61,609 nt of DNA from Octopus bimaculoides. Taxonomy: Eukaryota. The stretch spans positions 15,763,575 to 15,825,183 of the forward strand of contig NC_068987.1 of the NCBI RefSeq assembly GCF_001194135.2, written 5' to 3'. How positions within the stretch are numbered: position 1 is the stretch's first letter; each line of letters begins with the position of its first letter. Below the pieces are notes generated by a model. That model was not told where the DNA came from and did no database searches. It saw nothing but the letters and a program-made list of their open reading frames with translations. Below, piece by piece: positions 1-14,673 of the stretch. The position numbers and the translations under genes are program-made.

Positions 1-300
1 GGGTCAAGATTAATACTTTCTATAGCGTCGTGGAATCTTTGCAAGTTGCTTGATAATTTAAAGTTTGCAACGTTTAACTTTTTGGGTATCTTAGGACCAG
101 ACTGTCGGTTTTTAGGTTTTATCGAAAAATCTATTTTGCCACGCAGTAGATGATGGTCAGTCCAGCTCTCTGCCCCTCTCATGACCCGAACGCTAGAAAC
201 GTCTTTCATATCACATTTCCTAATCAAAATATAATCTATGAGATGCCAGTGCTTAGATCTTGGGTGCATCCAGGTGGCTTTATATTTATTTTTCTGCTTA
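1..300 (-). mobile_element. RTE/BovB-like LINE fragment (C-terminal part of the AP endonuclease)
   Basis: Open frame KQKNKYKATWMHPRSKHWHLIDYILIRKCDMKDVSSVRVMRGAESWTDHHLLRGKI...KKLNV, running off the window edge. Confidence 0.85.
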
Positions 301-2613
301 AACAGAATACGTGTTTATATATATAAATATATAGACACGTATTTATACATATACATACACACATTTATACACACACACATATATATCCAAGCATATATAT
401 ATATATCCACACATATACATATATACACACACATACATATATACAAAAATCACACATACACATATATATATATACATATATACGCACACATACATCCATA
501 TATATGCACACATGCATACATATACACACACATACATACATATGATCAGTAAAGCTTTCTCAGTGGGAGGTGCCAGTTGCACAATAAAATATTTGGCAGA
601 CTGTTGCACAGCCTAGGCTGTAATTTTGAATTACAGGCTTCAACAGTTACAAATGATCTTTTGATGAGACAGAAATCTTTAGAATTTCAAGAGAAGACAT
701 TCTTACTTTTTGCAAATGCATTAGAAAAATCAATAAAAATTTAAATAATCCTTGAGTATTCTATGTGTTGGTGAGAGTGAATTTATTAAAAATACAAAAC
801 ATGAAATTAGGATTTCTAACGCAGGGCCATATCTTTTTTATGTTGGAGGTGGATAGACTAATTGATCTACTACTTGACTGGGACTTATTTTAACAACTCA
901 AGAAAAATGAAATGGAAAACAGAATTTGGCAGAATTTGAACTAAGAATATGATGTAGCTAAATACCACAAGACATTGTATGGACGAAGGCAGCTGTGTAA
1001 AAGAAGTGCTGACCCCTAACTGTGGAAGGAACCTATGGTAGAGGTAAACCCAAGAAGACATGAGATGAGGTGGTGAAGCATGATCTCCAAACTTTGGGCT
1101 TAACAGAGGCAATGACTAAAAAAAAAAAGAACAAGGACAAAGAGCCTTACCTTTCAATCGCTGTACCATTTTGGATCATCCATACATCAGCATATGTCCG
1201 AGCAATCAAAGAAAGAGCAACCATCACAAGGTACCATGACTGTAATGGAATTCAAACACTAACATTTAAACAATTGATTTTAAAGACAGATCAATAGAAG
1301 AGGAGGAGAATCTAAGATATTCATAGAGAGTAATTATTAATCTATTTGGCATGACTAAGTGGCTTTGAAGTTTGCTATACATAACCACATGGTTTCAGAT
1401 TTGGTCCCACTTATGCAGCCTAAGGCCAATCAATGCCATACAAGGGAATTTGGTAGAAGAAACTGAAGAAAGCTTGTTTTTTTTGCGTGTGTGTGTGCAC
1501 TTGCACATGAATGTGCTTTCATTTACTGTACATCTGTTTTCCTATGATTGCATGAATTGGGTACAGATATTATTTGGGGCCCTTCTTTTACAGATGGATG
1601 CCTTTACCTGTTTTCCAAGCAAGGAATCTCTTATTCCACCCAGGCTTGAAGGCACACAATAACCAGATGACTTGTTAACAGGAACTGACCCTTGCCCCTG
1701 CACTACATTTATACAAGTGATCACAGATATAAACAAACAGATCAGCTCTGACTGAGAAGACCTGTTGTCAATAACGTTTCAGTTGTAACCATTATCTTTG
1801 TATACCCAAAACTGTCCAATGTGCCTTTCCATTTTAATATGAGAGTGAGGCATTATTTGAGGGCGATTTGGCTGCTATTGCTGCCTCATCTGAAAATGGA
1901 TATCTACTGAGAGGAAGGTAACTTTGCCAGAAGTTTCTCCTGTTAGACACAGTGGGAAGCCTTACTAAAGTTCAAAATAACAGCAATACTTCCAATGAAT
2001 TTTTCAAGAATTGTCTTTTTTTTATCTTTTAATCAGGGGAAAAAAAAGCAGTACCCATGACTCTTTAAAGGACCACCAGGACTGACTGAAAGGAGAGAGG
2101 GGGGTGTCTTCAAACTGGAGCCCTGGCCTGAATGCCTGCAACAGATATAAGATAAAGCTCCTTTCCAAGTCACACAGACCTCTAGGGCCAGTTTTCCAGA
2201 TTCTCTGGCATTATACTCCTCCCTGGATAGGATGCCAGTCCATCACAGGATTACTCACTTTTGCCAGCTGAGTAGACTGGACCAATGTGAAATGATGTGC
2301 TCAAGAACACCATGCATTTTTCAGTCCAGGAATTGAAACCACAATCTTATGATCAGGGGTCCAAAATCCTAACCACTTAGCCACATGCCTCCACCTTGCA
2401 ACAGAGTGGATTCAGAAAGAGGCACCTAAGGTGTTCAGTGGTGATGTTAAACAGGGCAATGAATTAAGTTTGTAGCTTCTTTCCTATGCATGACTGATGT
2501 GATGTATATAAAAAAGAAAGACATCAGTGGATCTGTCACTCCAGAAACTATGCTGTTACACCAAGACTATGTCAAAACAACTTATGCTTCGAAAGAGAAG
2601 TATAAAACTTTAC

Positions 2614-2665
2614 CTCAATAGACAGCCAGCCTGGAATCATAATCTTCAAAATCTTTATCAGCCGC
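2614..2665 (-). CDS. ABCD3: ABCD3 exon 4 (RLIKILKIMIPGWLSIE)
   Basis: 52 nt, cag/GTAAAG. Confidence 0.9.
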
Positions 2666-3078
2666 CTGTAAAAATTGAGATTTAATAAATTTTTTTTAAA
2701 AACTGTTCAATAAAATACTTGATTTAAAAAAAACCTTATCAATTAGTGCTTCTGATTTTTTAAAAATATAGAATGAGAAATTAAATTGGAACTAAGGAGG
2801 AATCCACAGCTTCATACTTATATCTTGATTACAGATTTCCGAAGAGCCAATCTTTGTTCACTAAACTTCTGGGGCAAAAGAAGCAAGGGAGTGTCTGAAA
2901 CTTAATGCAAAACAACATTACAAAAGACCTGGCTTGAAAAACACCTGTTATTCAGTAGTTTATATCTTTTGCTAAAGTACATTTAGTGTGTGCATTTGTG
3001 TATATATGTATATGTATGTATATTTTATTCTTTTACTTGTTTCAATCATTAGGCTGAGGCCATGCCAGAGCACTATAC

Positions 3079-3109
<31 letters not shown>

Positions 3110-6100
3110 CTATCATCATCATTGTTTAACATTCAACTTCCATGCATGTATGCATGGCTAGGCCGGTTTGACAGGAGCTGGCCAAGTAGAAGATTACCCC
3201 CCAGGCTACTATGTCTGTCTTGGCAGGGTTTTTACAGCTGGATGCCCTTCTTAACACCAACCACTTTGCAGAGTGGACTCTGCCACTTTTTACATGGCAC
3301 TAGCACAGGTGAAGTCAGCTATGGCATTAATTTTACAGCTGGATGCCCTTCCAAATGCCAACCACTTTACAGTGTGGAATGGATGCTTTTTATAAATATA
3401 AAATTAACTGGCACTTCGCCAGTTACAATAATGAGGGTTCCAGTTGATCCAATCAACAGAACAGCATGCTCATGAAATTAACATTCAAGTGGTTAAGTAC
3501 TCCACAGATATGCATATCCTTTATACAGTTCTCAGGGAGATTCCGCGTGACATAAAATGTGACAAGGCTGGCCCTTTAAAATACAGGTACTACTCATTTT
3601 TGCCAGCTGAGGGGACTGGAGCAATGTGAAATAAAGTGTCTTGCTCTAGGTACAGATCAACTGAAGGTTAATGTACATGAACATACAATTCTTAGGTACA
3701 AATCTTGTCCAGATCAGACAAAATTTCCATCTCTGGGGTCAATATAAACTGACTATACCCTTTTTCCAAATTTCAGGCCTTGTGCTTTTGTCAGTAATTA
3801 ATAATACTTTCTAACATAGGCACAAGGCCAAAAATTTTAAGTGAGGGGGAAACAATTATATTGGCTCCAATACTCAACTGGCACTACATTTCATCAATCC
3901 CATAAGTAAGAATGGCAAAGTTGCCCTCAGCAGGATTTGAGCTCAGAATATAAAGAGCTGGAACAAATACAATAAGGCATTTTTTCCAGCACTCTACCAA
4001 TTCTGCCAACTCACTACTTCGTGTGAGCCGTTAATTATAACACTTGTTTTATGTCAAAATAAAGAAAAACAAATATACTTACGCAAGAAAAATCTGGTCC
4101 ACTGCTGGCTTTTCTTTCTTTTCATCTTTCTAGAAATAAAAGATGAAGAATGCTGTGTCACCTAAGTTAGTCAAAAATGTCTTAGAATCATTCATTTTTC
4201 ATTCAAAATTTTACTTCATCTAGATGAAAGTGCACACAAGCCCAATGAATCACTCAGTATCTTGGATTGTTTAATAAACAATATCAAAGTATGGTTAGAG
4301 ACATCATGAAATATTCATTAACCTGCAATGCTTATTATTAATAATTATTGAAACTTCAAATATTATATTCTTATACAAAGAAAATGGCAAAATTGAAGGT
4401 TTATGCAGGCGCTAAGGATTCTTTACCAGTACCTTAGGCAACACATTCAACTGTACTTGTCACTAGCTTATTACCTAGTACCTAGTTGAAAAATAGAAAC
4501 CAATTTATCAAAAAAGTTAATCTGTAACAATCTACCATTAGATCTATGAAGGGATTTGTCTTTCCAGTTCCTTAATGCTATGGAGAAAGTATCTTATAGT
4601 TTCACCAAGAATAATAGAAATTTCATGTATACTCAGATTTCAAAAATTTTTCAAAAATATAATGGAAATTTTATTTTATTTAAATTAGTTCAGAAAACAA
4701 TCTTACCTGTGGAATGACAACCTCAATTTCTTCATTTTTTCTGAAATCAAATTAAATAAATCTTATGTGAAAAAGAAACAAACTTTTTGATAAATAAAAA
4801 CTAATAACACATGAACATATATTATTAAAAATCACTATTTTCACCTCAACCAGGACTCTCAACTGGGGTCCACATGGCCCTTGGGAATCCGCATACAATT
4901 TTGCAGTTAAAATTTATGTGGTTAAAATTTGGTTATAGTTCTACAAAACATAAAATATTTTAACAAATTTTTTTATACAATTCTTAATAGTATTTATAAA
5001 AATATAATGGGGCTTTTTTAAGCCATCAAATGTTTATTAGGGTCCGGTAGAGTAAAATAGGAATCAAAAGGGGTCCATTGGCAAAAAACTGCTGAGAACC
5101 ACTCACCTAGACAAACAGAAAACAGCCAAAGCGGCGAGCTGGCAGAAACGTTAGCACGCCGGGCGAAATGCTTAGCGGTATTTCGTCTGCCGTTATGTTC
5201 TGAGTTCAAATTCCGCCGAGGTCGACTTTGCCTTTCATCCTTTCGGGGTCGATAAATTAAGTACCAGTTACGCACTGGGGTCAATGTAATCGACTTAATC
5301 CCTTGTTTGTCCCCTCTATGTTTAGCCCCTTGTGGGCAATAAAGAAATAAGAAAACAAGCCAAATAGCCAAATGCCTTTAATAAATTCTGAATAATTGCA
5401 TCTGTCTTCTTGTGTCTATGTATATTTGTGTTAGTGGTTGTTGTCAATGAGTGTGTTAACAGCTGAGACTACAAACGGGGCTGTTCATTTCCAGTCTTCC
5501 ATGAAAAAACATGTCAACAACATTTTACTCTGCTTGGAAAGAGGTAAGGGTTGACAACAGGAAGCGCATATGGCCATAAAAAAAATCTGCCTCGCTAAAC
5601 TCTGTCCGACTCATGCAAGCATGGAAAAGGAGGCATTAAATGACAATGATGAGGACAAATGATGAGAATGTGTAGGAAATATGTATCTTTAGTGGGGGGC
5701 CCAGGGGCAGCACACACTTTATCTATGCTAGTACATGGACCCCTTGATTCCTCTTTCACATGGATGGACCCTGATAATCATTTGATGCCTAAAAAATTAT
5801 TTTATATTTTTATAATTAAACATTACTCTTTTATTTGTTTCAGTCATTTGACTGCGGCTATGTTGGAGCACCGCCTTTAGTCGAGCAAATCGACCCCAGG
5901 ACTTATTCTTTGTAAGCCTAGTACTTATTCTATCAGTCACATTTTGCCGAACCGCTAAGTTACGGGGACGTAAACACACCAGCATCGGTTGTTAAGCGAT
6001 GGTGGGGGGACAAACAGACACACAAACACATATACATATATACGATGGGCTTCTTTCAGTTACCGTCTACCAAATCCACTCACAAGGCTTTGGTCGGCCC

Positions 6101-9100
6101 GAGGTTATAGTAGAAGACACATGCCCAAGGTGCCATGCAGTGGGACTGAACCTGGAACCATGTGGTTGGTGAGCAAGCTACTTACCACACAGCCACTCCT
6201 GCGCCTATTATTAGGAATTGTATAAGAAAAAAATTGTTAAAATTTTGTGTATTGTAGAAGTATAACCAGTTTTATGGCACATAAATTTTATATGGACCCA
6301 CAGTTGTTCAGTATGCTAGAAATAGTAGTCAAGCGCCTTCAAAGTCACACCCTAACACCTTAAAACAAGATTGCATTGCAGTGTCAAGTATACAAAGGAC
6401 AGGGCAGTAAAGGTTAGAATACCTCTGATCACAGGTCGAGTCAACCAGGGCTGACTTAGGCCTAATCTAGTTCAGCTCTTACAACTCTCCCAGCATTAAT
6501 TATGTTATGATAGAGAAATGCTCTGAATGTATAATTTTTGTAGTGTGAGTCATATGAGATCACTTCAGTGCACTTGAGGTAAAGTAGAGTATCAAAAACT
6601 AATAAATAGGTAAAGAACAGCCATCATACTGTCTGTAACAGGAGCTGACATACATACAGACGTACATCTATTTACATGCCTCTCTGTTTCTTTTGTTTGC
6701 AAAAATATTTCTGTATGAAGTGTATTCAGCTCATACTTTCAAGCCATAAACTCAGTTGAATGCAAACAGTTGTCAACTGAATACTTTCATTAAATAATGT
6801 AGACAATGTGTGGGTTGGTTTGAAACAGAAGCTAACAAAAACATGGCTGTGAGGTAAGATGCTTGCTTCGCAACCACATAGTTCCAGGTTCAGTCCCACT
6901 GCGTGGCACCTTGGGCAAGCGTCTTCTATTATAGCCTTGGGCCAATCAAAGCCTTGTGAGTGGATTTGGTAGATAAAAACTGAAAGAAGCCCATTGTATA
7001 TGTGTGTGTGTGTGTTTCATTTTTCTTAAGAAGGGTCTGAAAATTTACAGACTTACATCAACTGTTTGAGAGTCAACAGTATTTACCTACTATTTCATCA
7101 TCATCATCATCATTTAACGTCCGTTTTCCATGCTGGCATGGGTTGGACAGTTTGACCGAGGTCTGGAAAGCCAGGAGGATGCACCAGGCTCCAATCAGAT
7201 CTGGCAATGTTTCTACAGCTGGATGCCCTTCCTAACACCAATCACGCTGACAGTGTAGTGGGTGCTTTTTACGTGCCACTGGCACTATTTGTTATTTCAT
7301 TTTAACTTCCACTTGTCCGTGCTTAGTAGGAGTCAGATGCAATTTGTTGAGGTAGGTTTTCTACAGCTGGATGCCTTTCCTGTTGTCAACCCTCACCTGT
7401 TTCCAAGCAAGGTAACAGTTTCTCCATGGTCAAACATGTTTCTCACAGAAGACTGGAATCAAAGAACGTCACTTGCATAACAGTGATGCCTACTCACAAA
7501 CATCACATTATGTCGGGATGTGGGTACACACTGCATGCATGCACACACACACAAACACACACGACAATCCTCTTTCAGCCTCAGACCACCGTATCCATTT
7601 ACAAGGCCTTAGTCAGCCTCAGGCTATAGTAGAAGACACTTGCCCAAGTTGCTGTGCAGTGGGACTGAACTTGAGACCACATGGTTTGGAAGCAAACTTC
7701 TTAACCACACAGCCATGCTTTCACCTATATGTATATTCTTTTTAAAAATTATATATTGTTATTGGTGCTATGCTATATTTATGACCAAGACACTTTACCC
7801 TTGCTAGTCTGGGTTCACTTAGCTGCAGAAGAGACACAAAGAGGAAGCCCACATCATTGCAGCAAGCAAACACTGAGACAAAGATAAAATGTTCTAAAAT
7901 CAATAAGGTATATCATGTTTTTTTTTTTGTTGCTTTTTTGTTAAGAACCACTGCAAACAGTCAAGTGTTTTGCTGGTCCATAGTGCTAAACTCAAATCCT
8001 CTATTTGGCAAAATCTGCATTAGACTGGCTCATATCCAAGGAAGATGATGTCTCCTAAACAGTGAATTTCTTTAAACCTGGGTATATGCTAACATGATAA
8101 TGTAGCTGGGTTGTGATGAGAAATTTTTTAACCCTTTTGATACCAAACCACCTACAACTGCATCTGGCTTTATACTGCCAGAACATTTTATCTGTTATAC
8201 AAAATTATAGTCTCTCAACCATTTAAGACAGTAAAATTTAGAGATGAACAATTCATCAAATAATAAAAGTATTATTTGTTACTAAACCACCCGAGTCTAA
8301 CTCAGGTTCCACCGTAAGGAATATTATCCTTTATATCTGTTTTTATTTTATCTTTTACTCATTTCAGTCATTGGACTACAACCGACTTGAAGGGTTTTAT
8401 TCAAACAAATTGACACCAGTACCTATTTTTAAAGCCTGATACTTATTCTATTGGTCAGTTTTACTGAACTGCTAAATAAACAGTACCATACACATATCAG
8501 GACTGGTTGTTAAGTGCTGGAAGGCACAAACACAAAGACACACACACACATATGATGGGCTCCCCCCCACCCCAGTTTTTATCTTTCAAATTCACTTACA
8601 AGGAGTTGGTCAGTCCAGGGCTATAGTAGAACACACCATGTGACCACAAACCAAGCTTCTTAACCACATGCCTTTCTTTCTTCCTGAGTCAATTAAAAAA
8701 GTACCACTTGATTACAAGGGAAAATTCAATCAACAGTGTCCTTCCCCTACAATTTCTGGCATTGCACCAATATAGAAATCAATAATATTGAATCTAAAAG
8801 CTTTCATGTAACTCTTTTGTTCATATGGAAATAGTTATGCAAGCTCTGACAGACAGCTGCTTTTCAGCATGTGATACTCCCAACATCATGCACAATTTCA
8901 TTGAGAAGATTTTCTCTTGGCTATACCCTGTCACAGACTAACACCAACAATGAATACTTGTTCAAATGATTTGGGAAAGTAGCCAAATATTTAACAACCT
9001 ACAGGAACAAATTTGATCTTAGGCTGATATCATCACCACCACTATTTTCACAAGTTCTTCACAATCCTAAGATAATTTTCTCTGGACATCTCTTCTTGAT

Positions 9101-12100
9101 ATATAATCCTTATTTTTGAAGTATAGTACTATATTCTTTTCATGTCAAACAATTGGGACAAACAAATGTCATTACTGCCTAAGTGGTGTGAATGTTAAGG
9201 TAAAGTACACACACATACATAAGAGAGACTTCTGTAGTTTCCATCTATGAAAGCTGTGTGGTTGAGAAGCTTGCTTCCCAATCATGTAGTCCCAGGTTCA
9301 ATCCCATTTTGTGACTTTAAAGGCAAGTATCTTCTATAACCATGGGCTGACCAAAGCCTTGTGAGTGGATTCGTTAAACTTGAAGAAGCCCATTACATAT
9401 AAGTTTGTGTGTGTCTGTGTGTGCGTGCGCACATGCATGTGTGTGCATGTGTACGTTACATATCTAAGTTATCCTTAGAGCAATCAATAGATGAGAACGC
9501 AGCATCAAAAATACTGACCTCCTATAATCAAACTCTCTATAGTACTTGATATCTCTGCATGAATTAATCATTTATATGGCATTTACCAACAGGTTTATAA
9601 CTCTTTCCATACGATTCACTCTTTTGTAAATCAGTGCCATTCTAACTTGCCTCACAAGCCATTCAATCTACCCCTAGCTTCCTTAATAGCCCCTTGATCA
9701 CAAAGCAAAGGACTCACCCAGAGGCCTTCACATTGACAAATGCTAGGTTCTAGTAAAGTACATCTCTTGCAGTTGTCCCACTCAGAATATGGCAGCTGTA
9801 GTATCTATTCCTGGCAAATAGCCAAACTGCATCTCATTTAGGCTAATTCTGTCACTAATCAATTTTGCAATATTTTTTTTTGTGTGTGCAGCTTTCATAA
9901 CCTAATGGAAACAGTTATTGTAAAATTATTGAAGAACAAGGTTAGCCTTGATGAGTTGCAGTTCAGCTTTAAGTTAAGAAAAGGTACCACCAATGCCATA
10001 TTCCTAGGGAGACTGCAAGTACTTATCTTGCAGTAACCCTATTATACCCAGTGGAGGCGCAATGGCCCAGTGGTTAGGGCATCAGACTCGCGGTCATAGG
10101 ATCGCAGTTTCGATTCCCAGACCGGGTGTTGAGTGTTTATTGAGCGAAAACACCTAAAGCTCCATGAAGCCCCGACAGGGGATGGTGGCGAACCCTGCTG
10201 TACTTTTCCACCACAACTTTCTCTCACTCTTACTTCCTGTTTCTGTTGTGCCTGTAATTCAAAGGGTCAGCCTTGTCACACTGTGTCACACTGAATATCC
10301 TCGAGAACTATGTTAAGGGTACACGTGTCTGTGGAGTGCTCAGCCACTTGCACGTTAATTTCACGAGCACTGTTCTGTTGATCAGATCAACTGGAACCCT
10401 CGACGTCGTAAGCGACAGAGTGCCAACAAAAAAACAATTATACCCAATATTTATCAAACTTCAACAGAGTCCCTTGTTCTATGATCAATATTATATCATC
10501 ATAAGGTGGAGAGCTGGCACAATCATTTGCATGCCAGGCTAAATGCTTTGCTGTATTTCGTCTGCTGTTACGTTCTGAGTTCAAATTCCATCGAGGTCAA
10601 CTTTGGCTTTCATCTTTTCAGGGTCGATTAAATAAGTACCAGTTACGCACTGGGGTTGATGTAATAGACTTAATCCCTTTGTCTGCCCTTGTTTGTTCCC
10701 TGTATGTTTAGCCCTTTGTGGGCAAAGAAATATTATATCATCATGCTTGCACAAGTCATATTATATATATATATATAGGTGTGGCTGTGTGGTAAGTAGC
10801 TTGCTTACCAACCACATGGTCCCGGGTTCAATCCCACTGCGTGGCATCTTGGGCAAGTGTCTTCTACTATAGCCTCGGGCCGACCAAAGCCTTGTGAGTG
10901 GATTTGGTAGACGGAAACTGAAAGAAGCCTGTCGTATGTATGTATATATGTATGTATGTGTGTATGTGTTTGTGTGTCTGTCTTTGTCCCCCCAACATCG
11001 CTTGACAACCGATGCTGGTGTGTTTATGTCCCCGTAACTTAGCGGTTCGGCAANNNNNNNNNNNNNNNNNNNNNNNNNNNNNNNNNNNNNNNNNNNNNNN
11101 NNNNNNNNNNNNNNNNNNNNNNNNNNNNNNNNNNNNNNNNNNNNNNNNNNNNNNNNNNNNNNNNNNNNNNNNNNNNNNNNNNNNNNNNNNNNNNNNNNNN
11201 NNNNNNNNNNNNNNNNNNNNNNNNNNNNNNNNNNNNNNNNNNNNNNNNNNNNNNNNNNNNNNNNNNNNNNNNNNNNNNNNNNNNNNNNNNNNNNNNNNNN
11301 NNNNNNNNNNNNNNNNNNNNNNNNNNNNNNNNNNNNNNNNNNNNNNNNNNNNNNNNNNNNNNNNNNNNNNNNNNNNNNNNNNNNNNNNNNNNNNNNNNNN
11401 NNNNNNNNNNNNNNNNNNNNNNNNNNNNNNNNNNNNNNNNNNNNNNNNNNNNNNNNNNNNNNNNNNNNNNNNNNNNNNNNNNNNNNNNNNNNNNNNNNNN
11501 NNNNNNNNNNNNNNNNNNNNNNNNNNNNNNNNNNNNNNNNNNNNNNNNNNNNNNNNNNNNNNNNNNNNNNNNNNNNNNNNNNNNNNNNNNNNNNNNNNNN
11601 NNNNNNNNNNNNNNNNNNNNNNNNNNNNNNNNNNNNNNNNNNNNNNNNNNNNNNNNNNNNNNNNNNNNNNNNNNNNNNNNNNNNNNNNNNNNNNNNNNNN
11701 NNNNNNNNNNNNNNNNNNNNNNNNNNNNNNNNNNNNNNNNNNNNNNNNNNNNNNNNNNNNNNNNNNNNNNNNNNNNNNNNNNNNNNNNNNNNNNNNAGCC
11801 AATATGTACTAAAAGCATGGAGTCGCTTCATCTGTAAAAGTCAGTTATTTATAACTTTATAGATTAATTTTAGCATTAGCAGAGAGAGAAAAGGAGACAG
11901 ACAGTGTGATTGTGCACATGTGAGCAAATTTATGTTTAAACCCGTCTAAAACCAGCATTACTTATGTTGTAGCTGGTGACTTCGCAGTTCAACAAATTAG
12001 TACCCAATAAAATAAGTATCAGATTGAAATATGTGTTGAGAGTGGAGCCTTGGCCGGTAGCTGAATACACCAAGTCGCTGTTGAAAGAGGTGTCTCAGCA

Positions 12101-12547
12101 TGCGACATTCCAGATGTTGGGCCTACCACCACAAGAAGTGAAAATTATTATACCATTAGCTTTAGCACCGCTGGCTCAAGCTGGGAATGGAAACCTGCGA
12201 CATCTAGGCCATGATCTATGATCTCATTGAGAGCAGCATGACATGAAAGGCGGCTGACACTGTAATGGCATGACAGTTGGTGGAGGCCGACAGAATCCAC
12301 AGTGGATCCACAGTGACCTATGTGAGGCTCAGAGATCTGGAGGCCAAGCCTCGAGGAAACACGATCCGCAGGCAGTCGCTATCAAGCTGAGTGCCAGTCG
12401 AGAAATGATGGCACTGCAGTGAGGCTGGGAAGCTGAGCAGAAACATGCCAGATGGTGCTGGTCAAGTCGGCACATCAGCTCTTCCGAAATCGTGCTACAT
12501 TGGATGGCGTCCCATTTGTTTTGGCGGGGACAGAACTAATTCATAAA

Positions 12548-12608
<61 letters not shown>

Positions 12609-14625
12609 GAAAGCAACTTATGCTGTGAAATGATCTCTTCCTCAGCCGTCGTTTGGATATAACGAACCATCTCGGTTCTTAAACAAAAGCAAATATTCAG
12701 TCTAAATTGCAAACCATCAGTAAAACGTGGGTGTGTCCCAACAGCGACATACATTTAATATGAGGATAACATTAGATGTATTATTAAATCGTCACGCAAC
12801 CCAAAAGCAGACAACCAATGAGGTAGATACATAATCTCAGTAAATAATATATTAGGTAAAACGAGAGCCCTTCCTTTTTGCTAAAGGCATGTCAGAATAA
12901 TGCATATGTACAAGCTGGCTGTGTTGCTCAAACGAGATTAAACACACACACACACATACAAGACGCCAGTGCTCGTCTACGCTATTGCTTGACCTGCTCG
13001 AAACAGTAGCCGAATCTACTTAACTCACATTTCACCCTCTTAGGAAACAAGGCCACATTAAAATAATGTTGCCCCATGTGTGTGCTACGCCAACGACTAC
13101 AACCACACTACGCAATCAGGATATGCATCTGTATTTGTCCGGTTGTACTTAATGTTTAGTGTGTGTGTGTATGTATAACTTAAAAAAAAAAAATGGAGAT
13201 ATTTTCGAAAGATATGCAAGTGTTGTATTTCTAATGACGCAAAACTAAAAAAATCAGCAGAACATATATAACATTTAACAATGTGTTTATAAAGACACTC
13301 CCAGGCTTTAATAAAAACATATCTATTACATATTTACAGACGAGAGAGAGAGACCCAAAGGTAGATTTCACATGTTTTTAAAGTCCAGAATTTTAAATGC
13401 AGCTATTAGGAAGGAAATATTACACACTTGGCTATTTATATGTGCATGTTTATGACGATGCATGTACATGTGTGTACGTGTGTGTATCTACTCCATTCCT
13501 TAACTCCTGGTGTGTATATGTAGATAATCTATCTATATATCAATTCAGACTATTGATAGATNNNNNNNNNNNNNNNNNNNNNNNNNNNNNNNNNNNNNNN
13601 NNNNNNNNNNNNNNNNNNNNNNNNNNNNNNNNNNNNNNNNNNNNNNNNNNNNNNNNNNNNNNNNNNNNNNNNNNNNNNNNNNNNNNNNNNNNNNNNNNNN
13701 NNNNNNNNNNNNNNNNNNNNNNNNNNNNNNNNNNNNNNNNNNNNNNNNNNNNNNNNNNNNNNNNNNNNNNNNNNNNNNNNNNNNNNNNNNNNNNNNNNNN
13801 NNNNNNNNNNNNNNNNNNNNNNNNNNNNNNNNNNNNNNNNNNNNNNNNNNNNNNNNNNNNNNNNNNNNNNNNNNNNNNNNNNNNNNNNNNNNNNNNNNNN
13901 NNNNNNNNNNNNNNNNNNNNNNNNNNNNNNNNNNNNNNNNNNNNNNNNNNNNNNNNNNNNNNNNNNNNNNNNNNNNNNNNNNNNNNNNNNNNNNNNNNNN
14001 NNNNNNNNNNNNNNNNNNNNNNNNNNNNNNNNNNNNNNNNNNNNNNNNNNNNNNNNNNNNNNNNNNNNNNNNNNNNNNNNNNNNNNNNNNNNNNNNNNNN
14101 NNNNNNNNNNNNNNNNNNNNNNNNNNNNNNNNNNNNNNNNNNNNNNNNNNNNNNNNNNNNNNNNNNNNNNNNNNNNNNNNNNNNNNNNNNNNNNNNNNNN
14201 NNNNNNNNNNNNNNNNNNNNNNNNNNNNNNNNNNNNNNNNNNNNNNNNNNNNNNNNNNNNNNNNNNNNNNNNNNNNNNNNTAGAAACAAATTCAATCCTG
14301 ATATTAACTTCTATTTTTTTTTTATTTATTTAGTTTACAAAAGCTTGATGAAGGGATTAAACTTGAAATCATAAATACACATATATAAATATATATATAT
14401 ATATACATATGCACGCGCGCGCACACACAAATGTTAAATTGAGGTTATTAAGAGCTAATTTAAGAATAACGGAACATTTTACTATTGATGATTAAATGCG
14501 AAGAGCATGGAGAAATTTCATATATACATACGCGCGCGCGCATGTATACGCACGTATATTTATATGCACAGATGCACAAATACATGCGCATATATATATA
14601 TAATATGTGTGTGTGCGCATACATT

Positions 14626-14673
<48 letters not shown>

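Noticed and set aside
7057-7086. 30-nt AG...GTAAGT candidate exon in ABCD3 intron 1
   Set aside because: There is no polypyrimidine tract and it gives an immediate in-frame TAA.
10053-10130. tRNA gene
   Set aside because: A and B boxes are present, but I see no acceptor stem closure and it continues into a SINE body repeated elsewhere.
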